A stretch of DNA of 64,000 nucleotides, taken from positions 320,001-384,000 of the forward strand of contig CAWEJX010000008.1 of NCBI GenBank assembly GCA_963809485.1, read 5' to 3'. This document shows positions 30,177 through 39,700 of this stretch, one piece after another. Each line of letters begins with the position of its first letter. Position 1 is the stretch's first letter. The translations under genes were made by a program, and so were the position numbers. A model generated the notes under the pieces. The model did not search any database. It had not been told where the DNA came from and saw only the letters and a program-made list of their open reading frames with translations. The stretch comes from an uncultured Acidobacteriota bacterium (lineage in GTDB: Bacteria; Acidobacteriota; UBA6911).

Positions 30177-31745
30177 ATGGCAAAATCCACAAGGCTCATG
30201 TGCCTGGTGGCACTCGTACTACTGTCTCCCGGTCTGGCCGGTTTGGCTTTTTCAGGATCTCCGGCGGTCAAAGCCGAAGATTACCCGTCGCTGTCGGCAA
30301 AGGAATTGGGCCACGTTCAATTCCTGGTCCAGGTTGCCCAACAGCCGCCCGGAGACTGGTCCTTTATGGGGGGCCGGGAGGAAGGACAGGAAGGGATGGA
30401 AGCCTACCGATACCAGCTCGGATATATGGCCTATGCGCTGGCGCTCGCCCAGTATCACAAAACGCCCGCCTACCGGGAGTTGTATCAGAAAGCGCTGGAC
30501 AATCTCATTCAGAAGATGATTCGCAAAGATGTCTGGTACTACTGGCAGAATACGAGCAAGGGTTTTACAACGGCAGATCCGCCGCAAAGGGGGCGAGGGT
30601 TGGGCTGGCTCGATCCGGTCGTAGAGAAAAACATCATGTATAGCGGCCACCTGATCAACATGGTGGAGCTCTATCACATGCTCTATCGCGATGACAGGTA
30701 CGACAAACCCAAATCCATCACCTTCCGCTGGAATTTGTTCGAGAAAGTCAAAGACATTTTTGAGTACGACGGCAACAAGCTTGCAGAGCGAATGAATCGG
30801 CAGTTCCTGGAAAATCCCCTTCATATGATTGAATGCGAGATTGGCCTGGTTTTTCCGGTTTGCAACCAGCACCCGCTTCTCGGGCTGATCCTTTATGATC
30901 ACAATCACGGAACCAGCCTGGCTGGGCCCGTCAAAGACCTCATGATGAAGACCTTTACGGAAAAGGGTCTGCTGGATCCGGCCACCCAGTATTGGCAGCA
31001 GTTCTATATGATCGATCAGGGTAAAGTGGTTGGGCCGCCTTCGCCCGTAAACAACGCATTCGTCGGAATGCCTATGCATGTGTGGAAGACGGAGCTGATC
31101 GAAAAACTCTATCCGGTTCATGCAAAGCAGGTCCAGTTTGAGAGTGACGGCACCGCCAAGGTGGAGGGTGATGCCGGTTTCGGAACAACTTCCGTGCCCG
31201 GATTTGCAGGTTATGCGAGGGAAATGGGCGATGAGAAAACGGCCGGGAGCCTGATTGCCTGGATGGAGAAAAACTGCGCGCCCCAGTGGATGGGCAGCAA
31301 ATATTTCTATCCGCGCAATGATGAGAAAAAAATCTCCACGATATTCAAAGTCCATGCAGCGGTTGCCGAACTCAATGTCAAAAATGGGATCTGGTCGATG
31401 TATAACCGGCCATGGAATGGCGGGTATTTCAATCAGCCCTTCATTTCCGGCGTCGAGCATCCCAAGGCGATTGTCAGGCAAGCCTATTATGACAGCGCCA
31501 AGGACGTTCTCGCGATAACACTCCTGCCGGGAGAACCGAGCGGAACCCATACCTCCTTTGCCGTCAATCAGCTGAATAAGGCAAAAGTTTATTCGATAAA
31601 GCAAAACGGCAAGCTTGTGGGCCGTCTCAAGAAAGGCACTGTCGAATCGGGTGCGAAAGGGATCGAGTGCACAAAGGAAGGGATCCTCAAAATTTCAACC
31701 GGCCTCGATAAGGCACAGACATTTCTGATTCAGGCAGAAATCTGA
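30177..31745 (+). CDS. Exported linalool dehydratase/isomerase (LinD/Ldi)-like protein
   Basis: Signal peptide; RYQLGYMAY, KDVWYYW, DPVVEKNIMYSGHL and CEIGLVFPVCNQ, matching the LinD NIMYxGHL and CE-x7-CN catalytic segments. Confidence 0.75.
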   Translation: MAKSTRLMCLVALVLLSPGLAGLAFSGSPAVKAEDYPSLSAKELGHVQFLVQVAQQPPGDWSFMGGREEGQEGMEAYRYQLGYMAYALALAQYHKTPAYRELYQKALDNLIQKMIRKDVWYYWQNTSKGFTTADPPQRGRGLGWLDPVVEKNIMYSGHLINMVELYHMLYRDDRYDKPKSITFRWNLFEKVKDIFEYDGNKLAERMNRQFLENPLHMIECEIGLVFPVCNQHPLLGLILYDHNHGTSLAGPVKDLMMKTFTEKGLLDPATQYWQQFYMIDQGKVVGPPSPVNNAFVGMPMHVWKTELIEKLYPVHAKQVQFESDGTAKVEGDAGFGTTSVPGFAGYAREMGDEKTAGSLIAWMEKNCAPQWMGSKYFYPRNDEKKISTIFKVHAAVAELNVKNGIWSMYNRPWNGGYFNQPFISGVEHPKAIVRQAYYDSAKDVLAITLLPGEPSGTHTSFAVNQLNKAKVYSIKQNGKLVGRLKKGTVESGAKGIECTKEGILKISTGLDKAQTFLIQAEI

Positions 31746-32233
31746 TGGTATGTCAGCGCGAAAAGCCCGGGAACTTAAAAGGTTGCCGGGCTTTTAGGCA
31801 TTTTTTTTGCTTTGCGTTTCTCGGCGTTTTTTGCGCCTTCGCATCCGGCTGCACAACCGGAAGACCGGTTGCCGAGAGATGCGGGCAATGCGGGATGGAC
31901 CTTTCGCGGTATGGGCGGACAGCGTTTGAAATCCGCTGGACAGACGGCAGCGTTACAAAAACCTGCGGAGTTCAGTGCGGCCTGACACAACATCTGCTGC
32001 ACCGCGACAAGTACAAATCCTCCTTGGCAAAGGACTATTATACCGGCAGGCTTTTTGACGCATCCGTTGGATATTATATATTTGGCAGCAAGGTTGTGCC
32101 CGATATGGCCCCAGGTTTCATTGCATTCAGGCAACGCTCAGACGCTGAAAAATTCCGGATGGAATCCGGCGGCCAAATCATGAGCTTCGATGAATCCCTG
32201 TCCGCATGGGCGGAAAGAAAGGCGCGTCATTGA
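31745..32233 (+). CDS. NosL-family metal-binding lipoprotein
   Basis: Lipobox FASGC; CGQCGM, TCGVQC, KDYYT, YIFGS.V..DM...IAF...DAEKF...GG. Confidence 0.8.
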   Translation: MVCQREKPGNLKGCRAFRHFFCFAFLGVFCAFASGCTTGRPVAERCGQCGMDLSRYGRTAFEIRWTDGSVTKTCGVQCGLTQHLLHRDKYKSSLAKDYYTGRLFDASVGYYIFGSKVVPDMAPGFIAFRQRSDAEKFRMESGGQIMSFDESLSAWAERKARH

Positions 32234-32577
32234 AAGGATCGCTGGCATCCAGCGGCTTTAAGCTGACAATTGCTGCAGCAGCAGCCGCATGTCTTGCGGC
32301 TGTGCTTATTGCGCTCGATAGCAGTAAAAATGGCAATTTTTCTGATACGAGCGCAATGAGATTGTTTCAGCGCACGGTCGGTGGTCTGGGAATGGGCTCT
32401 GCGGCCACTCCCGCATGGAATCTGCTTCACTATGACCCGCGCCTTCAATCTGTCGATGATTCGAATATGTGGCCCGTTGCGGGAGGCTACCCCTATAGCC
32501 CATCGGCTGTGTCCACAGCAGCCGGCATCCGGGAACTGCCCCGCGAGGATCTGAAAATAATCAGGTTAGGCCCATGA
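32230..32577 (+). CDS. Small membrane-anchored hypothetical protein
   Basis: TTG overlapping the nosL stop; one hydrophobic segment; FQRTVGGLGMG, YDPRLQ, WPVAGGYPY; its stop overlaps the next ATG. Confidence 0.6.
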   Translation: MKGSLASSGFKLTIAAAAAACLAAVLIALDSSKNGNFSDTSAMRLFQRTVGGLGMGSAATPAWNLLHYDPRLQSVDDSNMWPVAGGYPYSPSAVSTAAGIRELPREDLKIIRLGP

Positions 32578-33752
32578 CGATGCGGCGGCTGCCTTCCAAT
32601 CTGAAGCATATCAATTTGATCCTTGCTGCCGGCGGCAATCTTGTCGGAAGATATCCGCTCCGCACCCTCGTGTTGATATTTTCTTTGGCTGCGATTCTCT
32701 TCCCTTTCCTCACGGCGCTGTCAATCTCGGAAGGCATCAAGCTTCAGTCGAAGATATCCGTGGATGAGGGCGCCGATTTTTATGTTTCCGGAGACTCCGC
32801 GGGAAGCGCTTCGCCGTTGCCTCTTTCCAGTGTCGATCGATTTCGAGGGATCGCCGAAATAGACCGGATCGTGCCCCGGGTTGTTGGAAGAGCTTACCTC
32901 CAAGAGCGCACGGTCGCGATTGTCGGAATGCCCGGCGGGGCTGTACCCGAATCCATCCTGATTGCAGGCGGTCGGATTATCCAAAACAAGGGAGAGGTTA
33001 TAGTCGGATCCACCCTCAGCCGCCGATATGGTCTCCATCCCGGTGCGAAGTTCTATATGCCTATCAACCGATGGAAGCATTTTACGGTGGTGGGGGTCTT
33101 TTCGAGCCGCTGCTCGATCTGGAGTTCCAGCCTCATTTATATGTCCCTGGATGATGCCGGCGAACTCTTCAGAATGAAGGGGATGGCAACCGATTTTCTT
33201 ATCTATGCGAAGCCGAGGCAAAGCCCGGTGGTCAGCGTCTATCTTCAAAACGAGAATCAGAAGGATCCCCCCTTCCGAATTCAAAGCCGGGATCTGGTGA
33301 ACAGTTTTTTTCAGAAGGGATTTGAATCAAGAGCCGGTGTCTTCACCGTCTTTTACCTCGCTGCCTTCGCCCTTGCCATTCCCCTCATTTTCATTTTGAC
33401 CGGACTCGGCTGGACGGAGCGACGCAGAGAGATCGGCACGCTCAAGGCTGTCGGCTGGCAGACTCTCGATGTCATGCAGGTCGCCCTCTGGGAGAACGTC
33501 TATGTAAGTGTCCTCTCGGCCTGTTTGGCCCTCGCGGCGGCCTATGTTTGGATCCATGCATTGAACGGTTTTATGATCGCCCAGTTTTTTGTTGCCGATC
33601 CCGGGCTTATGCCCAATTTCCCCGTGCCTGCGCGCTTTGTTCCGGTTCCGGCATTTCTCGCCTTCCTATTGGCGCTTGCCCTGACTATGACCGGAAGTCT
33701 TTACAATACCTGGAGGATGGCGGCAACGCTGCCCGCCGAGACCATGCGATAA
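32574..33752 (+). CDS. FtsX/MacB-like ABC transporter permease
   Basis: N-terminal TM, periplasmic domain, ERRREIGTLKAVGW, three C-terminal TMs. Confidence 0.85.
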   Translation: MTMRRLPSNLKHINLILAAGGNLVGRYPLRTLVLIFSLAAILFPFLTALSISEGIKLQSKISVDEGADFYVSGDSAGSASPLPLSSVDRFRGIAEIDRIVPRVVGRAYLQERTVAIVGMPGGAVPESILIAGGRIIQNKGEVIVGSTLSRRYGLHPGAKFYMPINRWKHFTVVGVFSSRCSIWSSSLIYMSLDDAGELFRMKGMATDFLIYAKPRQSPVVSVYLQNENQKDPPFRIQSRDLVNSFFQKGFESRAGVFTVFYLAAFALAIPLIFILTGLGWTERRREIGTLKAVGWQTLDVMQVALWENVYVSVLSACLALAAAYVWIHALNGFMIAQFFVADPGLMPNFPVPARFVPVPAFLAFLLALALTMTGSLYNTWRMAATLPAETMR

Positions 33753-33754
33753 CC

Positions 33755-34450
33755 ATGGGAAGAGACAACTCTGCAATGGTGAAAGCCGAGAACGTGTCCA
33801 AGACCTATCGCCTGTCAAAGCAAAACAGGGTGGAAGCCTTGCGCAATGTAACCATCAGCGTAGCCAAAGGACAAAGCGTAATCATCCGTGGTGCTTCAGG
33901 TTCGGGAAAAAGTACCCTGCTCAGGCTCCTCGGTTTCCTCGACCGCCCGTCCGCGGGCCGCATATTCCATGATGGAGAGGACGTTACAGGTTTCAGCGAG
34001 GAGGAGCTTTGCCGCATCCGAAGAGAACGGACCGGCTTTGTTTTTCAGGATTTTCGCCTGCTTCCCCGCATGGCCGCCTGGGAGAATGTCTCCGTCAGCC
34101 TTGTGCCCCTGGGAGTGCGTGAGAAGGAGCGCCTCCGGCGCGCCTCCGCGCTTCTCGACCAGCTGGGGCTTCACGATCGCATCTATCACAGGCCTGAGGA
34201 AATGAGCGGCGGAGAACAGCAGCGCCTCGCAATGGCGCGCGCCCTGATCCGCAATCCTGAACTGCTCCTGGCAGACGAACCCACCTCCAATATCGATGCG
34301 GATTCGGCCCGGAAAGCGCTTGAGATTCTTGCCGGTCTGAGATCGAAGGGCTGTACCATTATTGTGGCGACTCACGACGTGGATCTGTTCCATCCCTTTG
34401 AGGCGGACGCCGTGTATTGCCTGGCCAATGGAATGATTGAGCCCGTGTAA
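33755..34450 (+). CDS. LolD/MacB-like ABC transporter ATP-binding protein
   Basis: [35 protein letters not shown]. Confidence 0.9.
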   Translation: MGRDNSAMVKAENVSKTYRLSKQNRVEALRNVTISVAKGQSVIIRGASGSGKSTLLRLLGFLDRPSAGRIFHDGEDVTGFSEEELCRIRRERTGFVFQDFRLLPRMAAWENVSVSLVPLGVREKERLRRASALLDQLGLHDRIYHRPEEMSGGEQQRLAMARALIRNPELLLADEPTSNIDADSARKALEILAGLRSKGCTIIVATHDVDLFHPFEADAVYCLANGMIEPV

Positions 34451-34522
34451 CAGCCGGGTTACAGGTTGCGGGTCCCAGGCCGGAAGGAACCCGTCACGGA
34501 TTGAAGCCCTGGCGCGGGAAAT

Positions 34523-35524
34523 GTGGATAGCATGATTCTCAACCCATTTGCATTGACGGCTCTTTTCGTCGGCACGATCTCTCTTGCCTTAACGGCGGCG
34601 TCCGTTTTCTCGGCGCTCTATTTCTTCCGCCAATGGAAACGATGCGAAGGCGCCGACGAGAAGGCACGCATGGAGATCCGCATCCATTTGTCCCTGTTGC
34701 TTCTCCTCACAGCCTTTCTCCTTCGACTGGCTTCCTGGCCTCTCTTCTACATTCTGCTGCAGAGCTACATTCCGATCGTTACAGGCGCCATGTGCATCTT
34801 CGGGGTAACGAGGGTGATGCCCGCATTCGTCGCATTTTTGCAGATTCTGAAACCACTCGCCTTTTTTCTGGTTGGAGGGTGGTTGATTTTTTACAGCCTT
34901 GATCTTTCGTTGAAAACCCATTTTCCTGCAAGAAAAGGCATCCGTTTCCTTACAATCGCCTCCGCAGTCACCGCGACCGATTGCGCGGCAGAGCTTCTTT
35001 TTGTATTTTTATTCACGCCTCCGGGTGTGGCCGTCTCCTGCTGCACAGCCCTTGCGGATCTCGTCATACCTGCGACGCCCCTCCTTCCAAGAGCCCTCTT
35101 CAGCTCTCAATATCACCAAACCCTCATTGCCGCGTATCACGGCAGCCATTTGGCCTTGCTGGGGCTTCTGGGCGCTTTGATATGGAGGAAAGGCGCGAAG
35201 CGTCCTCTATTGACGCTGCTGGCCTTCCTGGGGTTGATAAACGGCGCAATTTCCTATGGCGCATTCAAGGAGTATCTGGGTCCCCGTCTCATGCATCTTC
35301 CCGATCATCACTGCCTTTATTGCCTGCTTCAGTACCGGCCTGTTTCAATCGCTATTCTCGGCCTACTTATCCTGGGGTCCTTCCTGGCCATGTGGCCTCG
35401 GTTGCTATGGCACTTCGCGACCGATGAAGCGCGGGAAAAGCTAAGCCTTCTCGTCACGAGTCTTCTTAAATATTCTGCCGGATGCATTCTTGTTTCGTGG
35501 CTGATAACAACGATTCTTTCATAG
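34523..35524 (+). CDS. Polytopic membrane protein with Cys/His motifs
   Basis: About 8 hydrophobic segments; GAMCIFG, VSCC, HHCLYCLL. Confidence 0.75.
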   Translation: MDSMILNPFALTALFVGTISLALTAASVFSALYFFRQWKRCEGADEKARMEIRIHLSLLLLLTAFLLRLASWPLFYILLQSYIPIVTGAMCIFGVTRVMPAFVAFLQILKPLAFFLVGGWLIFYSLDLSLKTHFPARKGIRFLTIASAVTATDCAAELLFVFLFTPPGVAVSCCTALADLVIPATPLLPRALFSSQYHQTLIAAYHGSHLALLGLLGALIWRKGAKRPLLTLLAFLGLINGAISYGAFKEYLGPRLMHLPDHHCLYCLLQYRPVSIAILGLLILGSFLAMWPRLLWHFATDEAREKLSLLVTSLLKYSAGCILVSWLITTILS

Positions 35525-35580
35525 CCAGCGTGTTCCGCAGAGTTTAATTCAGAGACCAGGCAGGAGCTTTTATCGGCAGA

Positions 35581-36813
35581 TTACGGGATAACGACTGCCG
35601 GCAGCTCAGTTTCGGCTGTCGACTGCCGTATATTGATCTTTCGGGAAGAGATAAAGTTGAGCAGCGCGACCACGGCGCCGCCCAGGAAAACATATTTATA
35701 TCCGCCGGGCCCGCTCCTGGACCAGGCCAGTCCGCCAAGGATGGGGAGGAAAATCGTAACCATATGGTCAACGCTTGTTCCCAGCGAGAGGCTGGGAGAG
35801 ACATCCTCGGGTCTGAGGGCGATCTTCCTCATGTAAGTAGTGCGGGCCATATAAACGGAGTCGAGCGTAAAATCCGTAACATAGCAGATGTAGATCACCA
35901 GAATTGCTATGGATGGACGGAATAAATCTTCTGCAAAGGCGTAGCCGAGACATGTGAGGAAAAAAAGGAATGCTTCCGTGCTCAGGACGACTTTCTCTCC
36001 AACCTTGTCGATGAGATGCCCCACCCATGGTTTTACGAATATCCCGATCACGGCAACGATGAAAAAGAGCAGCGACATGGTGGCAACCGGCTGCCGGAAC
36101 ACCTCGACCAAAACCCAGGGTCCGAACGTGATGAAAATCTGTTTGCGGGCGCCGTACAGCATGCACAGCCAATAGTACAGACCATACTCTTTCCGGAAGA
36201 TGAATCGCTTCCTGACATGCACGGTCTGAGTCGGCTTAATGAAGAACATTAGAATCGCCGCTATCACAAAGGCAGTAGCGCCGATCGTAAAGGCCGTGGA
36301 AAAGCTGATATGCGCAAATTTGTATAGCGCCCACAGGGTTGCGGAGCTCAGAACGACGGCGATGTTGCCGACGGAACTCAGTTTTCCCAGTACCTTCCCC
36401 ATCTCGCCGGGCCTGGCAAAACTCATTCCGATGCTTCCGCTCAAGGGCATAAAAATGTGCTGGCCCATGCTGTATATGAAAACGACGAGGATGACGATTG
36501 TGTAATGAGGCGGAATGATTCCGAGGGAAAACATGCCGATGGCGGCCAGCAGGTTTGCCACGACGGAAATGCGTACATCCCCGCCCAGAAACGACAGGGC
36601 GCCGATCACGAGGAACACGAGCAGACCGGGTATTTCCCTGGGGAATTCCAGAGCCGAGCGCTGCAAAATCATCATGCCGATATGTTCTTTGAGATAATTC
36701 GTAATCGTGGAGCCGTCCACGCTCTGAGCGATTCCCAGGAAAACGCCCGCAATCAGGAACAGGCGAAAATCCTTTTCAGCTCCCCCCACCACTCCCTTAA
36801 TCGACTTCATCAT
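35581..36813 (-). CDS. MFS transporter
   Basis: About 12 TMs; LEFPREIPG, YGARKQIFITFGPW, GHLIDKVGEK; start trimmed to MMKSIK. Confidence 0.82.
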   Translation of the reverse strand: MMKSIKGVVGGAEKDFRLFLIAGVFLGIAQSVDGSTITNYLKEHIGMMILQRSALEFPREIPGLLVFLVIGALSFLGGDVRISVVANLLAAIGMFSLGIIPPHYTIVILVVFIYSMGQHIFMPLSGSIGMSFARPGEMGKVLGKLSSVGNIAVVLSSATLWALYKFAHISFSTAFTIGATAFVIAAILMFFIKPTQTVHVRKRFIFRKEYGLYYWLCMLYGARKQIFITFGPWVLVEVFRQPVATMSLLFFIVAVIGIFVKPWVGHLIDKVGEKVVLSTEAFLFFLTCLGYAFAEDLFRPSIAILVIYICYVTDFTLDSVYMARTTYMRKIALRPEDVSPSLSLGTSVDHMVTIFLPILGGLAWSRSGPGGYKYVFLGGAVVALLNFISSRKINIRQSTAETELPAVVIP

Positions 36814-36935
36814 GCCCGGACACTCCCGCCGACGTGATTCCATACGCAAATTGAACGCAACCCCGGCCTTATAGGGCATCGCCCGCATCCGACGCAAGCA
36901 GAAAATGCTCGGACAGGCTACGCAATATTTCTCCC

Positions 36936-37235
36936 TAATTGGTTTTTGTTGCGAAACTCGGGTTTTGCGAAAAAGCCAAATTTTTCAACCGTCAATAGGA
37001 TATTTGATATTACATAGAAGCCGATAATTGGAGTCAGGCCGCGTAGCGGCCAGCTGAATTTAGCCAGGCCTTTTAAGGCCTGGATCGAAAGGAGTTAAGT
37101 TTTCCGTCGCGTAGCGACGGCTGAATCTCAGGCGTCGCTACGCGACGCGCTGCTCGCTGTACCATGGTTCCCGGCCTTGAAAGGCCGGGCTAAAATCATA
37201 GTGCCGCTACGCGGCACAAACCAGTTTCGCGACAG
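36936..37235. mobile_element. TIR-bounded MITE with palindromic REP-like core, copy 1
   Basis: About 300 bp, near-identical to 56600-56899; ends TGTTGCGAAACT / AGTTTCGCGACA. Confidence 0.75.
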
Positions 37236-37557
37236 TCCTCCATGCGCCCGGGGCGCACCCAAGTGCATGAAAATCGGCTTCGCCGACGCTCAGTTGGGTG
37301 AATGAATGGTGTAATTGATTCATCGCGGCCGCTATTTTCGGAGCAGAAACCAATTGCCTGATCCAGACCCCTCCTGAATTTGTATTTCATGAGGACGGCT
37401 CTCCAGATCCGTCGGACGCAGGGATAGCGGATTAAAAGCTTAGCCAGACGGGTCTCTATGCTCTTGTTTGCTGTCCAAACAAGAGGGAAAAGACATGCTC
37501 GGCCATTTGTCGAACGGATGCCGCCCTGCCGGCTGAGCCGGCGGATCTCCCGCTATA

Positions 37558-38271
37558 TCAGTTCAGGAACTTCGCGTAACCCGATATCATGATGGGATCA
37601 AAGCCCTGACCCATAACACAGCCGACCGTCATCATGTGGTCATAGTCCTGAAGCATAATAACGCGGTTTGTGAAGAATGGGGCGCAAACGCCCTGATGGA
37701 CGCGGCCCTTAATATCGACGAGGTAAATGGGACCTTTGATACTGGTTGCCTGGCAGGGCTGTTCAAAGGGCTCATTTTCTCTAGGCGACCAGGCCACGCG
37801 GCACTTGCCCGCCTCAAAGAAGTCCTGTGCCGTAAAACGGCCGCAGCCCAAAATCCAGGCCACATTGGTCCCGACCATAGCGTCGCCGGCGGAGCCATGG
37901 AGGGCCTGCGAACCGTCGGTCTTTGACTTTTGATCCGGGTCCCCGATGGCGCCATGGACATAATCATCGCCAAGAACCAGCGTTACGAGGGACTGCTCAA
38001 GTTCCATGACCGCAACATTGAGGCCGAAACGGACAAAATAGGTATTCAGCTCCAGTTTCAGGCACTCGTAGGCATATTCCTTGCCCTCGAATACGGCATT
38101 CTTTTTACACTTGAACGCCAGCTTATATTCCTTGTCCCCTGCGATAAGGGTGAAATCCTTGCCCGCGAGTTCGTAGTTATGCGCGAATCTGTACTGGCCG
38201 ATGCCATGCTTCTCGCCGGAGTTGGCAAGATTCTTTATATATACGCCGCCATCGTCATAAACGTAATTCAT
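37558..38271 (-). CDS. Hypothetical protein, distant MoaF-like paralogue
   Basis: Shares ELAGKDF, YECLK, MVGTNVAW, IKGPIY and LQDYDHM blocks with the adjacent gene (ELEGRSF, YECLK, MVGTRVEW, IKENMY, LQNYDRM). Confidence 0.65.
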   Translation of the reverse strand: MNYVYDDGGVYIKNLANSGEKHGIGQYRFAHNYELAGKDFTLIAGDKEYKLAFKCKKNAVFEGKEYAYECLKLELNTYFVRFGLNVAVMELEQSLVTLVLGDDYVHGAIGDPDQKSKTDGSQALHGSAGDAMVGTNVAWILGCGRFTAQDFFEAGKCRVAWSPRENEPFEQPCQATSIKGPIYLVDIKGRVHQGVCAPFFTNRVIMLQDYDHMMTVGCVMGQGFDPIMISGYAKFLN

Positions 38272-38308
38272 TTATGGTTGCTCCTTTCTTTTCGATGAGA
38301 TCGACCGC

Positions 38309-39181
38309 TCAGACTGTGTATGGATTCTCGGCGTTCAGGAACTCGTCATTGAGCTTCACAGGGTTGCCAAATGCGCCGAACAGTGTGCGGCAAGGCCCTA
38401 GGACGCCGTCCCTCTGGATGGTGCCGAAAGTACGGCCGACATGATACATGCGGTCGTAGTTCTGCAGGAAATTCATGTTGTTTGAGCGGAACAGGCACTT
38501 GTCGCCGACGATGCGCTCCATCATCTCCTCTGTGAGACTGAAGAGGTACATATTCTCTTTGATCTTGATGTACTGGGCGACCTCGTCCGAGGCGGGCATC
38601 AACTCAAAGGGATCGCCGATTTTTTCAACGGCAGTGCTGATCCTGGGCCAGGTGATACGGTAATAAGAGGTGCAATAATAGTCATGCTGGGTAAACATTG
38701 AGGTGTTCCAGTGCCACTCAACCCTGGTGCCGACCATCTGGGTGGTGAAGCAGTGGCGTTTCATGGGCAACTCCATCCCCTCGACCTCGATGGCGCCGAA
38801 GTCGTACTCGCTTTTGACGAGATAGGGGAGCTTTGGATTGCCTCCCATGGAGCAAACTGCCCTCGTGACGAGGCGCTGCTCCAGATCAATAATGAAAAAA
38901 TGGTTCACCTTGTTTGGCTTGTCAAGGAACTCCACAAGATCGTAGTCCACGAGGTATGTCGTGTCGTCGCCCTTGAGGCACTCGTATCTGGCTGCTTTCG
39001 GCTTATCGCCGGCAATATTCCATTCGCAGGCATCTTTGCCGGTGAATTTCAGTTCGAAATCATAACCGTTGTCCATAATGAAGCGAAAACTCCTACCTTC
39101 CAGCTCAGAGCAGTGGGGCTGCGTGAACTGATCGATGGCATAATCCCTGCGTGGATAGTTTTTGAGATTCAATTTGCTCAC
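38309..39181 (-). CDS. MoaF-family-like protein
   Basis: ELEGRSFRFIMDNG, TYLVD, IIDLEQRLVT, HCFTTQMVGTRVEW, YIKIKENMY; GTG start with GGGAGG RBS. Confidence 0.65.
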   Translation of the reverse strand: MSKLNLKNYPRRDYAIDQFTQPHCSELEGRSFRFIMDNGYDFELKFTGKDACEWNIAGDKPKAARYECLKGDDTTYLVDYDLVEFLDKPNKVNHFFIIDLEQRLVTRAVCSMGGNPKLPYLVKSEYDFGAIEVEGMELPMKRHCFTTQMVGTRVEWHWNTSMFTQHDYYCTSYYRITWPRISTAVEKIGDPFELMPASDEVAQYIKIKENMYLFSLTEEMMERIVGDKCLFRSNNMNFLQNYDRMYHVGRTFGTIQRDGVLGPCRTLFGAFGNPVKLNDEFLNAENPYTV

Positions 39182-39414
39182 CTCCCGTTCATAAAATATT
39201 CAAGCGATTCCAGCAATACATTCGTTTCGCCGGCAATTTCTGGCTGATAGGCATAATCAGCCGCCCTCCAGGGGATGGCCAGGATGGACAAGCTGTCTTT
39301 TTGCATGGCCAACACGCCGCCGGAAAACCTTTCCCAATCTTGACGCTCATGCCACTCAGTGCCTGCCGCCGCCCGCATGTGGTATTTCATGCATGTACCG
39401 TTGTGAATTGCCAA
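39178..39414 (-). CDS. Short ORF coupled to the MoaF-like gene, possibly a gene remnant
   Basis: Its TGA overlaps the downstream GTG (GTGA); no recognisable motif. Confidence 0.3.
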   Translation of the reverse strand: MAIHNGTCMKYHMRAAAGTEWHERQDWERFSGGVLAMQKDSLSILAIPWRAADYAYQPEIAGETNVLLESLEYFMNGR

Positions 39415-39700
39415 AATATGCTTCCTATGGAATGCACGATATGAGCGCTGGAAATCCCATTAAGCCGTTGATTTCGACACTGATTGCAATTTTATCCCAT
39501 ATTGGGACAATATATCCTGGAATTTTTACAGGTCTGAACTTATCAGCCGGATTTTGGACTCAACGGAGGAAAGTCATAATTCCATGCATGCTGAACTGGG
39601 AAATTAGTTAGCCTGATCCTGGATTTGGACACTATGGGGCTGTTTAAGACATAATTCTCTAATGGGGACTTCAAAACTAATTATCATGGAGGAATCGCGC

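Noticed and set aside
31745-32233. Nitrous oxide reductase (nos) cluster
   Set aside because: Only a NosL-family gene is present; there is no nosZ/D/R, and the ABC genes are FtsX/LolD-like rather than NosFY.
39340-39420. Sigma54 promoter for the MoaF-like genes
   Set aside because: The best GG..GC candidate has a 9-bp rather than 10-bp spacer.
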